Source of the DNA: Candidatus Omnitrophota bacterium | GTDB taxonomy: Bacteria > Omnitrophota > Gorgyraeia > Zapsychrales > Zapsychraceae | Assembly (NCBI GenBank): GCA_015233195.1 | Contig: JADFYE010000003.1 | Coordinates: 10,489-74,488 of the forward strand | Length of the DNA stretch: 64,000 nucleotides | Direction of reading: 5' to 3' | Shown: positions 18,485 through 30,246 of the stretch, piece by piece | Layout: each line of letters begins with the position of its first letter | Position numbering within the stretch: the first letter of the stretch is position 1 | Program-made: the position numbers and the translations under genes | Notes under the pieces: model-generated | Told to the model about the DNA's origin: nothing | Database searches by the model: none | The model's input: only the letters and a program-made list of their open reading frames with translations

Positions 18485-19440
18485 TTCTTTTGAGCCGGTC
18501 TCCGCGACGGCATAAACGGATTTGATCCGGATGATTTGGGCATAACGAATTTTTTATTTTGTACTATTACAATATCATTAGTTGTGAGTCCGGAGGTGAT
18601 TTCAATATTGTTGGTATCTGCGAGTCCAGTTTGAATATGGCGTTTTTCAGTTTTACCTGGTCCAGTTTTAACCAATATATCTGCGCTGTCTTTTTGAACC
18701 TTAACTGCATCTATAGGAAGAAGCAGTACGTCTTTTTTAAATTTTTCTCGAAAATCAATTGTGGCATTCATCCCAGACCTGCAAAATGCGGGGATGTCTT
18801 TTAGTGTTAGATCAACATTGTAAATTGTAACATTATTGACGGTAGTTGATTCATAGTATAAATGTTCTACCATGGCTTTTAATTTTGTATCAGGATATGC
18901 GTCTAAGGTGACAGTAGCTTTTTGTCCTAAGGAAATTTTTCCAATATCAGTTTCATCAACTTGGGCACGGGCGATCAGCTGGTCGGATAATACAATTACC
19001 GCATCAGATACTGTGACAGTTTGTCCGGGTTGGACAGTTGCTACAATAACCTCACCGTCGATTGGGGCGACTAAGGCTATGGGTTTATAAACATCTTGCC
19101 AATATTTTAAGGTATTTTCATCTTTTCCTCGAGCAGCATCCAGCAGCGCGGCGCGGTCAGTTGAACTCATCCAAGCAACGACTTGACCGGTTTTAACTTG
19201 ATCGCCTTCTTTTACTGTAACGCTTTCAACTCTGCCGTTTACTGGTGGTTTTATTTCTAAACGGTTTTTAGGAAGAATATCTCCGGTGGTTGAGATTATG
19301 GTTTGGATTGTACCAATAACCGGAGTAATCTCTTGGTTCTCAATATTTTTACTTTTGTTGTTTGATGATTTTAGCAACCATAATCCTACTGCTATCACGC
19401 AGATAACAATTATGAAAATTGGAAATTTATTAATTCGCAT
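18481..19440 (-). CDS. MacA-like efflux periplasmic adaptor (HlyD_D23 family)
   Basis: N-terminal anchor and beta-barrel/lipoyl motifs. Overlaps the start of macB by 4 nt. Confidence 0.75.
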   Translation of the reverse strand: MRINKFPIFIIVICVIAVGLWLLKSSNNKSKNIENQEITPVIGTIQTIISTTGDILPKNRLEIKPPVNGRVESVTVKEGDQVKTGQVVAWMSSTDRAALLDAARGKDENTLKYWQDVYKPIALVAPIDGEVIVATVQPGQTVTVSDAVIVLSDQLIARAQVDETDIGKISLGQKATVTLDAYPDTKLKAMVEHLYYESTTVNNVTIYNVDLTLKDIPAFCRSGMNATIDFREKFKKDVLLLPIDAVKVQKDSADILVKTGPGKTEKRHIQTGLADTNNIEITSGLTTNDIVIVQNKKFVMPKSSGSNPFMPSRRPAQKK

Positions 19441-20701
19441 ATTCTAACACTTCTCCTTTCGCGTTTATCCAAGCCGCTTCAGAAAGTAAAGCGTTGGCTT
19501 GCGCGTCTAAATAAGCTTTTTTGGTTTGAACAAGATTATCTTCAATGATGGTCCAGTTATCATAAGTCATGAATCCGACTGAATATTGAGCTTCCGCGAT
19601 CTTTGCGCGTTCTTCGTCTGCTGCCAGCATTGTTTCTTGGACTTTTACTGCATCCGCGTTATTTTGCAGTGCGTTCCACATTTCTTTTAAATTTATTTTA
19701 GTGTCTTCAGTGGTTATTATTTGTTGTACTGTAGATTTTTCAAAAGATGATTTTGCCTGGTCAACTTGGGCTTTTTGTAGACCACCTTCAAATATTGGTA
19801 TTGAAGCAGTTATGCCGAGGCTTAATTGATTGTCTTCAGGCGGCCATTTGGATTGACTCTTGCGACCGTTACCGGATGCGGATATGGTCGGAAAAAATCC
19901 TCCATACGCGCTTTTAAGACCATATTCAGCCGCGTTCTTTTTAGCTATGGATTGTTTTACTGATGGATGGTTTTTTACTAATGTTTCCAAATCAGGCTCG
20001 ATATTTAGATTTTCTGTTATTGAAAAAATGCCAGTTACTTGTATGGGGTTTAATTCTGGTCGTCCCATTTGCCTGTTTAATTGCATTTGTTTTAGTTCGA
20101 GGTTACGTTTGGCTTGTTTTAATTCCGCATACGCCTGTTCCATGCTGGCTTCAGCATTTAGTAATGAGCCTTTATGTTCGAGACCAGATTCATATTTTAA
20201 GGAGATAAGATCAAAAGCATTTTTACGAATTTTGGCAATATTTTCGGTAACATTAATAAGTTCTTGAGCGCGCATCAGGTCAATGAACGCGGAACGTAAA
20301 TTGAAGCGTATGGTAGAGGATGAAAAACTAAAGCCTTCTTTTGCTGCTAACAAATTTTGGGTGGCTTCTTTGTAACTATCAATAGTCTTGGCTCCATCAA
20401 AAATCAACTGGGATACGGATGCTCCGTAACTAAAAGAATTTGAAAAAGCAGTAGAATCAGCAATGTTATTTCGTGTCCGGGAAGCGGAAGCGTTAGCGCT
20501 AATTTGCGGTAATAAACTGCTTCGGGTAATATTTTTAGACGCGGTGCTTATTTCAACATCTTTTTGGGCGGAAATTAAGTCAGGATTATTTTGTGATGCT
20601 TCTCTTATACAATCAGTCCAGGTTAAAGATGTGATTTCAGCTCCAAAACCCGAAGGTGCTAAGATTGCCAGGTATGTAAGTGCGAGTAAAAGATGTTTCA
20701 T
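19430..20701 (-). CDS. TolC-family outer-membrane efflux protein (copy 2)
   Basis: Signal peptide MKHLLLALTYLAILAPSGFGAE and OEP repeats. First gene of the efflux string. Confidence 0.8.
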   Translation of the reverse strand: MKHLLLALTYLAILAPSGFGAEITSLTWTDCIREASQNNPDLISAQKDVEISTASKNITRSSLLPQISANASASRTRNNIADSTAFSNSFSYGASVSQLIFDGAKTIDSYKEATQNLLAAKEGFSFSSSTIRFNLRSAFIDLMRAQELINVTENIAKIRKNAFDLISLKYESGLEHKGSLLNAEASMEQAYAELKQAKRNLELKQMQLNRQMGRPELNPIQVTGIFSITENLNIEPDLETLVKNHPSVKQSIAKKNAAEYGLKSAYGGFFPTISASGNGRKSQSKWPPEDNQLSLGITASIPIFEGGLQKAQVDQAKSSFEKSTVQQIITTEDTKINLKEMWNALQNNADAVKVQETMLAADEERAKIAEAQYSVGFMTYDNWTIIEDNLVQTKKAYLDAQANALLSEAAWINAKGEVLEYAN

Positions 20702-20751
20702 ATACAATTAGACAATATAAGATATTTAAAAGTTTCAAAATTTGGGTTTAG

Positions 20752-20789
20752 AAAAAAATCCCTTTTTAATTAATATCATAAGGGATTTT
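20752..20789 (-). terminator. Putative intrinsic terminator after the response-regulator gene
   Basis: Stem aaaatccctt/aagggatttt (20755-20764 / 20780-20789). On the minus strand the stem runs into a T tract. Confidence 0.45.
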
Positions 20790-20803
20790 AAATGAATTAA
20801 TTT

Positions 20804-21586
20804 TTAACTTTTATTTTTGAGTGTTTTATCGATTAAAGCTACTAATTCATCCGGCTGATCATAATCTGCGATTTTATTTATTTTAGATTTTTTTACTGTG
20901 CCAGACTTTTCGGTTTCATTTTTTGATGAATAAATGACTGTATCAATATGTGAAGTTTTAGCCATTTGTTTTATTTTAGCAGCAACAATATCTCCTGAGA
21001 TATCTTTTAGTTTTAAATTAAGTAATGCAAAGTCTGGTACTGAGCTAAAAATTCGCTCAATTGCAGCTGCTCCGCTGTCAGCTATCTGCACTATGTAACC
21101 AGCTTCCAGAAATACTAAAGCGATTTTTTTAAGTTCTTCTTTTCGGTGATCAGCTATTAGTATGGTTTTTAATTTCAAAGCGCGGCTGGTTGTTATGGTG
21201 GTTTCGTCAGTTTTTTGTTCATGCTTTTTAAGTATTATTTCAGTTTCTTTTATAAGGTTAAATACCTCAAATGGTTTAGGCATAAAACCTTCGATATTAA
21301 ATTTTTTTAACATTTGTTCCATATTGGCGTGGGCAGTAATAATGAATACCGGGTATTGGGGATGATTATTTGAGTCACAAATGCGGGTATAAAATTCAAT
21401 TCCGCCCATCCGCGGCATATTGATATCGAGAATGATTAGATCAGGATTAAAGGTATTAAGTTTTTGCAGGGCTTCCACTCCGTCTGAAGCAGTCTCTACT
21501 GAGTAGCCTTTTGATTCGAAAGAATATTTAAGCAGAAGGGTTATATCAGCTTCATCATCAATAATAAAGATCTTCTTTTTCGCCAT
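20804..21586 (-). CDS. Response regulator with REC plus degenerate second REC, no output domain
   Basis: First REC: KIFIIDDEADI...DLIILDINMP...KPF. Second REC-like half has LLNLKL where the phospho-acceptor Asp is expected. AGGAGG RBS upstream. Confidence 0.75.
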   Translation of the reverse strand: MAKKKIFIIDDEADITLLLKYSFESKGYSVETASDGVEALQKLNTFNPDLIILDINMPRMGGIEFYTRICDSNNHPQYPVFIITAHANMEQMLKKFNIEGFMPKPFEVFNLIKETEIILKKHEQKTDETTITTSRALKLKTILIADHRKEELKKIALVFLEAGYIVQIADSGAAAIERIFSSVPDFALLNLKLKDISGDIVAAKIKQMAKTSHIDTVIYSSKNETEKSGTVKKSKINKIADYDQPDELVALIDKTLKNKS

Positions 21587-21644
21587 ATATCATCCTCCTA
21601 ATTACTACTATCATAGCTGATGCTTGACTCAAGTCCAGGTCTTA

Positions 21645-21920
21645 TCACTGATTTTTGATTTTAGTTTTTTGTGTTCTAATGAGTTTAGTTTTTTGTGAGC
21701 GGGATAATTGTTTTATAGACCATTCCGCAGCACAAGCTGCAGATTTAGACGCATAGTATTGGGTAAAAATTAATTTTACCGGAGTTCTACCTCGAGTATA
21801 TTTCGCGCCAGTGCCATTATTATGTTTTTTAATTCTTGAAAGTATATTGTTAGTGGTGCCGGTATAGTAAGTGCCATCTTTACATTTTAGGATATATACG
21901 ACATAAGGTGCTGGTTTCAT
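21645..21920 (-). CDS. GIY-YIG nuclease-superfamily small protein (UPF0213-like)
   Basis: YVVYILKCKDGTYYTGTTNNILSRIKKHNNG...YTRGR is a GIY-YIG motif. Confidence 0.8.
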   Translation of the reverse strand: MKPAPYVVYILKCKDGTYYTGTTNNILSRIKKHNNGTGAKYTRGRTPVKLIFTQYYASKSAACAAEWSIKQLSRSQKTKLIRTQKTKIKNQ

Positions 21921-21923
21921 AAA

Positions 21924-22463
21924 TTAACTTATTTCAAGTTTGGTTACCTCCCAATTTCCTTTTGGGGAAAGGGTCAGCGTAGCAGTTGCCGAAATGTTTT
22001 CGATTGGATAGGTGAATTGCAAGGTGATGGTTTTATCTTTATTAAGTGATATTGCTGATATTAATATGTAATTTGTCGCGTTTATTTTTTTTAAAGCTCC
22101 TCGACCTTTTACAGAAATGCTGTGCTCTTCTATCGAAAACCCGTCTATATTTTTAGTACAATCATTCAAATATAGATATATTTGATATCGTTGTTGTTTT
22201 TCAAAATGGTAATAGGTTTTAAGGGTTTTATAGTTTAAAACTATCGGGAGTATGGTTTGGATGGTGTCAGTTGTAATATTTTCATCCAAGGCGCATTTGG
22301 TATCATCAGCGTCTAAGAATTGGACTTGTTTTGAGGGATCTTCCGGCTTGAAGTGGCTTTTGGGAGAATCATGCGCTGCAACTGCGTAAGCAATAAAATA
22401 AGATGAAAACATAATAAATAAAGTGGCGATTGCTATAAGTGGATATTTTACTTTAATCAACAT
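21924..22463 (-). CDS. Hypothetical exported/anchored protein
   Basis: N-terminal hydrophobic segment. No recognisable family. Confidence 0.4.
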   Translation of the reverse strand: MLIKVKYPLIAIATLFIMFSSYFIAYAVAAHDSPKSHFKPEDPSKQVQFLDADDTKCALDENITTDTIQTILPIVLNYKTLKTYYHFEKQQRYQIYLYLNDCTKNIDGFSIEEHSISVKGRGALKKINATNYILISAISLNKDKTITLQFTYPIENISATATLTLSPKGNWEVTKLEIS

Positions 22464-22472
22464 AAAGCGCTC

Positions 22473-23690
22473 CTAGTTAAGTTGTTGTTTCATGTTAAAA
22501 AATAATATTAGTGCGACAAATTCTATTAGTACGACAGTAACCATTGATATTATAGGTTGGAAATGTTGAAACGTAAAACCAAATAATATTCCTCCTACGA
22601 GCATGGATAATCCGTAATTAACGTTAAATATGCCGTACCCAGTCCCTCGTTTTTTAAGCGGGGTTAGGTCAGCGATTGCGGATTTCATTATGGTTTCATG
22701 ACAGCCCATAACAATACCCCAAAGCAAAACTCCGATTACAATGGTCCAAATTTGATTAACAAATATGAAAAATGGGATCAGTGCAGTCAGTATTGGGATA
22801 ATGATCAGCGTATTCAGTCCAGCTAAAATATTTTGTTTTTTATTTTTGAAGCGGTCGTATAATTTTCCGACGATAAGCGCAGCAACCGCATCTATTCCCA
22901 TAGCAATAGCATAAAATAGCGGAATAAAACTATCCGGGAGCTGATATGCGGATTTGAAATAAAAACCCAATAGCATAAAATTAATGAAACCTAAAGTTGT
23001 GGCGAAAGTGAATATGTTATAACTCCAGAAAACTTTATTTAGTTGGTCGATTGGTATGGTATGGCTGGGTTGGTTTCCAAATTCATTCTCACGAGGGAAT
23101 TTTTTAAACGCTATATATACGCATAACATTAGTAAAATTAATGGCAGCCATAATAAATTGTATCCAACTTGGTAGTCATGAGCGGATTTTATTTTGGTTC
23201 CGGTCCATAAAAATAAACCGGTAAATATTAATGGACCAGTTAAGGCTCCAATCTGGTCAAGTACTTCGTTAATAGCGAAACCAAATCCTGTACCAATTTG
23301 TTGAGTAGCTTGGGAAAGTATAGTATCTTTTGCCGGGGAGCGTAAAGCTTTACCTAGTCTTTCTGTTACTATTAGAATTGAAGCAATTTGCCAAATACCA
23401 GTAAGTGCTAATAATGGAACTGAAATAAGCATTCCGTAACCGATGAATGTAAAAGTCCAATAGGCTTTGGTTTTGTCAGCAAAATAACCGGATAAGAGTC
23501 GGATGCCATAACCGAAAAATTCACCAATTCCTGCGATTATTCCGACCATAAAAGCGTTAGCACCTATTATTTCGAGATATGGTCCGTTTACACTTCTGGC
23601 GCCTTCGTAAATTATGTCTCCGAAAAGACTGACTAATCCGAAGAGTATAATAATATTCAGGGCTTTTTTTTGGTTGGGATTAAAACTCAT
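22473..23690 (-). CDS. MFS transporter (12-TMS type, unknown substrate)
   Basis: 405 aa polytopic protein. Start ATGA overlaps the atpC stop. Confidence 0.7.
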   Translation of the reverse strand: MSFNPNQKKALNIIILFGLVSLFGDIIYEGARSVNGPYLEIIGANAFMVGIIAGIGEFFGYGIRLLSGYFADKTKAYWTFTFIGYGMLISVPLLALTGIWQIASILIVTERLGKALRSPAKDTILSQATQQIGTGFGFAINEVLDQIGALTGPLIFTGLFLWTGTKIKSAHDYQVGYNLLWLPLILLMLCVYIAFKKFPRENEFGNQPSHTIPIDQLNKVFWSYNIFTFATTLGFINFMLLGFYFKSAYQLPDSFIPLFYAIAMGIDAVAALIVGKLYDRFKNKKQNILAGLNTLIIIPILTALIPFFIFVNQIWTIVIGVLLWGIVMGCHETIMKSAIADLTPLKKRGTGYGIFNVNYGLSMLVGGILFGFTFQHFQPIISMVTVVLIEFVALILFFNMKQQLN

Positions 23691-23935
23691 TCTACTAATA
23701 CTGTAGCAGTATTTTTATAAAATTCAAAGAAACCTTGATTATCAATGTTTAAAGAATTGGTTTTGCCTTCTTTATCGCGATAAGTAAGCAGCCCTTTTCC
23801 TAGGGTGGTCAAAGTTGGACAATGGTTTGCCCATATGCCGAAGTAGCCAGACGAGCCGGGAATGGTCAAGGATTCGACCACGCCTTCGTAGATCTTTTTA
23901 TCCGTGCCTAAAATTTTTAATTTGAAAGTATTCAT
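23687..23935 (-). CDS. atpC: F1 ATP synthase epsilon subunit, N-terminal beta-sandwich only (82 aa)
   Basis: Position directly after atpD. The sequence (KLKILGTDKKIYEGVVESLTIPGSSGYFGIWANHCP) is typical of the epsilon N-domain. No C-terminal helical hairpin is encoded. Confidence 0.8.
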   Translation of the reverse strand: MNTFKLKILGTDKKIYEGVVESLTIPGSSGYFGIWANHCPTLTTLGKGLLTYRDKEGKTNSLNIDNQGFFEFYKNTATVLVE

Positions 23936-23940
23936 ATTTA

Positions 23941-26203
<2,263 letters not shown>

Positions 26204-26207
26204 GGTT

Positions 26208-27737
26208 TTATATTTTATTCTGAATTTTAAATTCTTCTTTAAACTGTGCGATGGCTTGATCCAATTTTGGGATCAATTCATCAGACAGAATATTTTTAGT
26301 TTCAATTTCGCTTTTAATTTCCGGTTTTTGTTCATCAATAAATTTAAAAAGTCCGGTTTCAAATCTTTTAATAAAAATAACTGGTATATCGTCTAGATGT
26401 CCTTTGGTTCCGCAATAAATTATCAATACTTGTTTGTAAAATGCCAATGGATTGAATTGGTCTTGCTTTAATAATTCGACCATACGTTCACCGCGGTTAA
26501 GTTGAGCTTGGGTATTTTTATCAAGTTCAGTACCAAATTGGGTGAAGGCTACTAGTTCGCGGTATTGAGCCAGATCCAGGCGGAGTTTACCAGCTACTTG
26601 CCGCATAGCTTTTATCTGTGCTTTACCTCCTACGCGGGATACGGATAAACCAATGCTGATAGCTGGTCTGATACCTGAGTAGAATAAATTGTTTTCCAAA
26701 AATATTTGTCCGTCGGTTATAGAGATTACATTGGTCGGGATGTAACTGGTAATATCTCCGGCTTGTGTTTCAACAATCGGGATAGCAGTTATTGAGCCAC
26801 CGCCTAATTCATTGCATAATTTCATGGCGCGTTCTAATAAACGGGAATGCAAATAAAAAATGTCACCTGGATAAGCTTCGCGACCTGGCGGACGGCGTAA
26901 CAATAATGATAATTGGCGATAAGCTTGCGCGTGTTTAGAAAGATCATCATAAATTATTAGAACGTCTTTACCTGCATACGCTAATTCTTCAGCAATCGCG
27001 CAGCCTGAGTATGGAGCTAAATATTGTAATGAAGCTGATGCTCGGGATGATGCGCTAACAATGGTAGTGTAATCCATTGCTCCATGTTTTTTTAATGTTT
27101 CAGCCAAAGTTACCACGCTGGATAATTTTTGACCGATAGCTACATAGATGCAGTATACGTTTTTACCTTTTTGATTAATTATTGTATCTATGGCAATGGC
27201 GGTCTTTCCAGTTTGACGGTCGCCGATAACTAGCTCACGTTGACCTCGTCCGATTGGGGTCATAGCGTCAATAGCTTTAATACCAGTTGCCAACGGTTGA
27301 GTTACTGGTTGGCGTTGAATAACGTTCGGCGCTTCAGCCTCAATTGGTCTGAATTTTGTGGTTGCAATCGGTCCCTTACCGTCTATGGGATGTCCTAAAG
27401 CGTTAACTACTCGTCCAACCATTGCTTCACCAACTGGTACTTGGACGATCTGACCAGTACGCTGGACTGAGTCGCCTTCGCGTATATAGCGGTCAGGATT
27501 ATCAGTACCGAAAATAACTACGCCCACACTTTCTTCTTCAAGGTTAAGCACCATGCCTTGAATTTTTTCATTGAATTGTACTAATTCGCCCATCATGACA
27601 TCGTCCAGCCCATAGATTCGGGCAATCGTGTCTCCGATCTGGATTACCGTACCGACTGAATCAATCTTCAAGCGGGTTTGGTATTTTTCAAGTTCTTTTT
27701 GAATGATAGACGTGACTTCTTCCGGTTTTAGCTTCAT
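26208..27737 (-). CDS. atpA: F1 ATP synthase alpha subunit
   Basis: [10 protein letters not shown]-loop. Full-length alpha similarity. Confidence 0.97.
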   Translation of the reverse strand: MKLKPEEVTSIIQKELEKYQTRLKIDSVGTVIQIGDTIARIYGLDDVMMGELVQFNEKIQGMVLNLEEESVGVVIFGTDNPDRYIREGDSVQRTGQIVQVPVGEAMVGRVVNALGHPIDGKGPIATTKFRPIEAEAPNVIQRQPVTQPLATGIKAIDAMTPIGRGQRELVIGDRQTGKTAIAIDTIINQKGKNVYCIYVAIGQKLSSVVTLAETLKKHGAMDYTTIVSASSRASASLQYLAPYSGCAIAEELAYAGKDVLIIYDDLSKHAQAYRQLSLLLRRPPGREAYPGDIFYLHSRLLERAMKLCNELGGGSITAIPIVETQAGDITSYIPTNVISITDGQIFLENNLFYSGIRPAISIGLSVSRVGGKAQIKAMRQVAGKLRLDLAQYRELVAFTQFGTELDKNTQAQLNRGERMVELLKQDQFNPLAFYKQVLIIYCGTKGHLDDIPVIFIKRFETGLFKFIDEQKPEIKSEIETKNILSDELIPKLDQAIAQFKEEFKIQNKI

Positions 27738-27738
27738 A

Positions 27739-28284
27739 TTAAATCCTCACTGCCGTTAATTGTTGCTTAAGATCGGCAAGCCGTCGACGTACTGAACCGT
27801 CGATTACAGTGTTGCCTATAATGATCTTTATGCCCCCTAATAAATTTCCATCGAGCTCAATATAAAATTTAAATTTTTTCTGGTATTTTTTTTCTAGTTT
27901 TTGTTGTATCGCCTTAATAGTTTCGGTTTCTAAAAGAAAACTAGTCTTAATTAATGCTTCAGCTTCATTCCCATGCGAATAATTTGTGCGGACAAAATCA
28001 AGAATGTCGGGCAGCTTAGTCACACGATTCTTTTGAACTAGTAATTTTAAAAAATTGCGTAAGTCAGTTGAAAAATCCGCGGATAAAACCTTTTCAATCA
28101 GGTCGTATTTTTCAGAATAAGTGATCTCCATACTGGAAAGCATTTCCATTAATTGAGGGTTATCACGGATGATAGCTTCTTTTAACTGCATCAACTCTTC
28201 CACTGCGTTATTCAAGCCAATGGTTTTTTGCGACGCATGCAGATAAGCATCTGTATATCGTTGGGCGATAAGTTTATTAAACAT
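27739..28284 (-). CDS. atpH: F1 ATP synthase delta (OSCP) subunit
   Basis: OSCP-like sequence ending [20 protein letters not shown]. Operon position supports the call. Confidence 0.9.
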   Translation of the reverse strand: MFNKLIAQRYTDAYLHASQKTIGLNNAVEELMQLKEAIIRDNPQLMEMLSSMEITYSEKYDLIEKVLSADFSTDLRNFLKLLVQKNRVTKLPDILDFVRTNYSHGNEAEALIKTSFLLETETIKAIQQKLEKKYQKKFKFYIELDGNLLGGIKIIIGNTVIDGSVRRRLADLKQQLTAVRI

Positions 28285-28285
28285 A

Positions 28286-28780
28286 TTATACTTGCTCGAT
28301 TTTATTCAAAAAATCTTCGATTATTTTTTTATCTTGTTGTTCAGTTAATTTTTCTTGGATCATAAGCTCGGTAGCGCGCATGGATATATCAATGATCTTG
28401 TCTTTGAATTCAGCTTCCGCTTTCATTATTTTTTGATCTACTAAGCGGTTGGCATTTTCAATGATGTCTTGCGCGTCCTGATGAGCTTTTTTACGGATCT
28501 GATCAGTTAATTCCCGACCTTGGGCGACTGCTTCAAAGATTTTACCTTGGGCAATATCGTCGATGCGGTTAAGTTTTTCATAAAATTCCGCTTTTAATTG
28601 GATCGCTTCTTGTTTATGTTTTTCTACAGTCGCTAATTCATCCGCGATCTTATTTTTCCGGTCTTCTAAGGCTTGTAAGATCTTGGTCCAGAAAAAATGT
28701 TTCAAGATAAAAAATATAATCAAGAAACTTATGACCTGTATCGCCAATTCACTAAAATTCAATAATTTTAAGAGTTCCAC
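28286..28780 (-). CDS. atpF: Fo ATP synthase b subunit
   Basis: Single N-terminal TM helix followed by a long charged helix. Operon position supports the call. Confidence 0.9.
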   Translation of the reverse strand: MELLKLLNFSELAIQVISFLIIFFILKHFFWTKILQALEDRKNKIADELATVEKHKQEAIQLKAEFYEKLNRIDDIAQGKIFEAVAQGRELTDQIRKKAHQDAQDIIENANRLVDQKIMKAEAEFKDKIIDISMRATELMIQEKLTEQQDKKIIEDFLNKIEQV

Positions 28781-28795
28781 AGTAATATCCTATGG

Positions 28796-29029
28796 TTAAG
28801 AGAGTTTACCTGACCAAATGAACGCGAATACCAAAACGTAAATTGTAATAGCTTCGATGATGGCGCAGCCGATGATCATGTTGATCATGATCTTGTTTGA
28901 TGCCTCTGGTTGACGTCCGATAGCTTCCATGGCTGAACCTACAGCGCGACCTAAACCAATACCTGTACCAAGCGCGGCTAAACCTAAACCTACTGGAATT
29001 GAAAGTGCTATACCTGTTTGAAGATCCAT
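28796..29029 (-). CDS. atpE: Fo ATP synthase c subunit
   Basis: Hairpin protein with an RQPE loop and the carboxylate in [13 protein letters not shown]. Confidence 0.95.
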   Translation of the reverse strand: MDLQTGIALSIPVGLGLAALGTGIGLGRAVGSAMEAIGRQPEASNKIMINMIIGCAIIEAITIYVLVFAFIWSGKLS

Positions 29030-29067
29030 TTTTTTCTCCTTTTTATTTTTTACTTTTTTTGTTTTTA

Positions 29068-29859
29068 TTATTCATCATGTTCCAACGCTAGAACAAAATA
29101 AATGGTGGTTAATAAACTAAAAACCAAAGCTTGTATCACCGCAGTTAATACTGCCATTGCCATGTTCAAAAATAATAAGAAAAATCCGCCGATCAGCGCT
29201 ACTGTTCCTTTACTTCCGAAACCTGCCATGACTGCAAGCAGTGTTTCATCGCCTGACATAACGCTGCGAAGACGAAGCGAAAGGCTTAGAGGTCGGATCA
29301 GTTCTGCTAATAAATGTAAACCAAACATGAATATTGGAAATATAATTGACCATGCCATTGCACCTTTTGGGCTGCCAGCTAAGTGATACATATAACCAAA
29401 GAAGCCGTGTTGTTTGATTGCAGTGTATTGCACGCAAACAAAAACAATTAAAGCTAAAGCTAAGGTAGTTGACCAGCTGGTGGTCGATGATTTTAAAAAT
29501 GGGATTAAACCGGATAAATTCATCATCAATATATAGAGAAACAAAGTTCCAATAAATGGGGTGTATTTTCGTCCTTGAGGTCCCATTATCCCGCAAATGA
29601 AATTATCAATCCCTTCTACGATTGCTTCGACCGCGTTTTGTGAATTATGAGGAACTAAAGTCATTTTACGCGTAGCAAAAAAAGTTATAATTAACAAAAT
29701 GCTTATTATAAATAATGAATATACCAGATTTTCCCATTTGTATAATTGATGCAGTACAGGATTATTAGGGTATAATTCAGCTAATAAGCGAAGTATATCC
29801 GGTAGTTCCGGTACACCGCTGGTCGCAGCTGTTGTAGTATGTGTTGTTTCTACAGACAT
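29068..29859 (-). CDS. atpB: Fo ATP synthase a subunit
   Basis: The LSLSLRL segment contains the essential Arg. Start set to ATG 29859 (preceded by TAAGGA). The tracked ORF begins at a TTG at 29895. Confidence 0.9.
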   Translation of the reverse strand: MSVETTHTTTAATSGVPELPDILRLLAELYPNNPVLHQLYKWENLVYSLFIISILLIITFFATRKMTLVPHNSQNAVEAIVEGIDNFICGIMGPQGRKYTPFIGTLFLYILMMNLSGLIPFLKSSTTSWSTTLALALIVFVCVQYTAIKQHGFFGYMYHLAGSPKGAMAWSIIFPIFMFGLHLLAELIRPLSLSLRLRSVMSGDETLLAVMAGFGSKGTVALIGGFFLLFLNMAMAVLTAVIQALVFSLLTTIYFVLALEHDE

Positions 29860-29901
29860 AATATCCTTAAAAGTAAAAAATTCCGATTTACTCAAGCAAC
29901 A

Positions 29902-30147
29902 TCAATGTCGCGGTTCTTTATCGAACTTTTGAGCTAATCGGACTAGACGGATGACCTCTAAAAGACTTGCTAAAAAACCTGCGCCAATGCAGATAAGCAG
30001 AATTGGCCATTTCCAATTAAAATGTTTCATCAAGAAATCGCCTAAGAAAAATCCACTTAATGGACCTGCGGCAATAACTAGTGCTACAAATGTCATTATG
30101 CCTGCGATCTTGATAGTTTTATAAAAATCTTGTGTATTATTTGCCAT
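29902..30147 (-). CDS. AtpZ/AtpI-like small membrane protein
   Basis: Two TM helices. Lies immediately upstream of atpB. Start set to ATG 30147 (MANNTQDFYK); the tracked ORF starts at a TTG at 30162. Confidence 0.6.
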   Translation of the reverse strand: MANNTQDFYKTIKIAGIMTFVALVIAAGPLSGFFLGDFLMKHFNWKWPILLICIGAGFLASLLEVIRLVRLAQKFDKEPRH

Positions 30148-30171
30148 AATTCCTTTGGGCAAATATAGGTT

Positions 30172-30200
30172 ATTCTAGAATTCTGTTTTTATAAAGTCAA
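30172..30200 (-). promoter_or_regulatory. Putative sigma70-type promoter of the atp operon
   Basis: Minus strand reads TTGACT (30200-30195), a 17-nt spacer, then TAGAAT (30177-30172). It is about 25 nt upstream of the atpZ-like start. Confidence 0.5.
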
Positions 30201-30246
30201 GCTTGTCGAAATATATTTTTGATTTCACAGCTGAAACTTTTTAATG

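Noticed and set aside
21645-21920. The GIY-YIG gene as a sign of a mobile element or homing endonuclease.
   Set aside because: It is a 91-aa stand-alone UPF0213-type protein with no DNA-binding extension, no intron or intein context, no flanking repeats and no integrase. It is tightly packed between ordinary genes on the same strand.
28796-29029. Possibility that the F-type ATPase is Na+-translocating.
   Set aside because: The c subunit has IIEAITIY around the carboxylate, so Ala follows the Glu rather than Ser or Thr. By my hand alignment to the Ilyobacter tartaricus c subunit, the helix-1 position equivalent to the Na+-ligand Gln is Leu. The Na+ signature is therefore absent. This rests on a hand alignment only.
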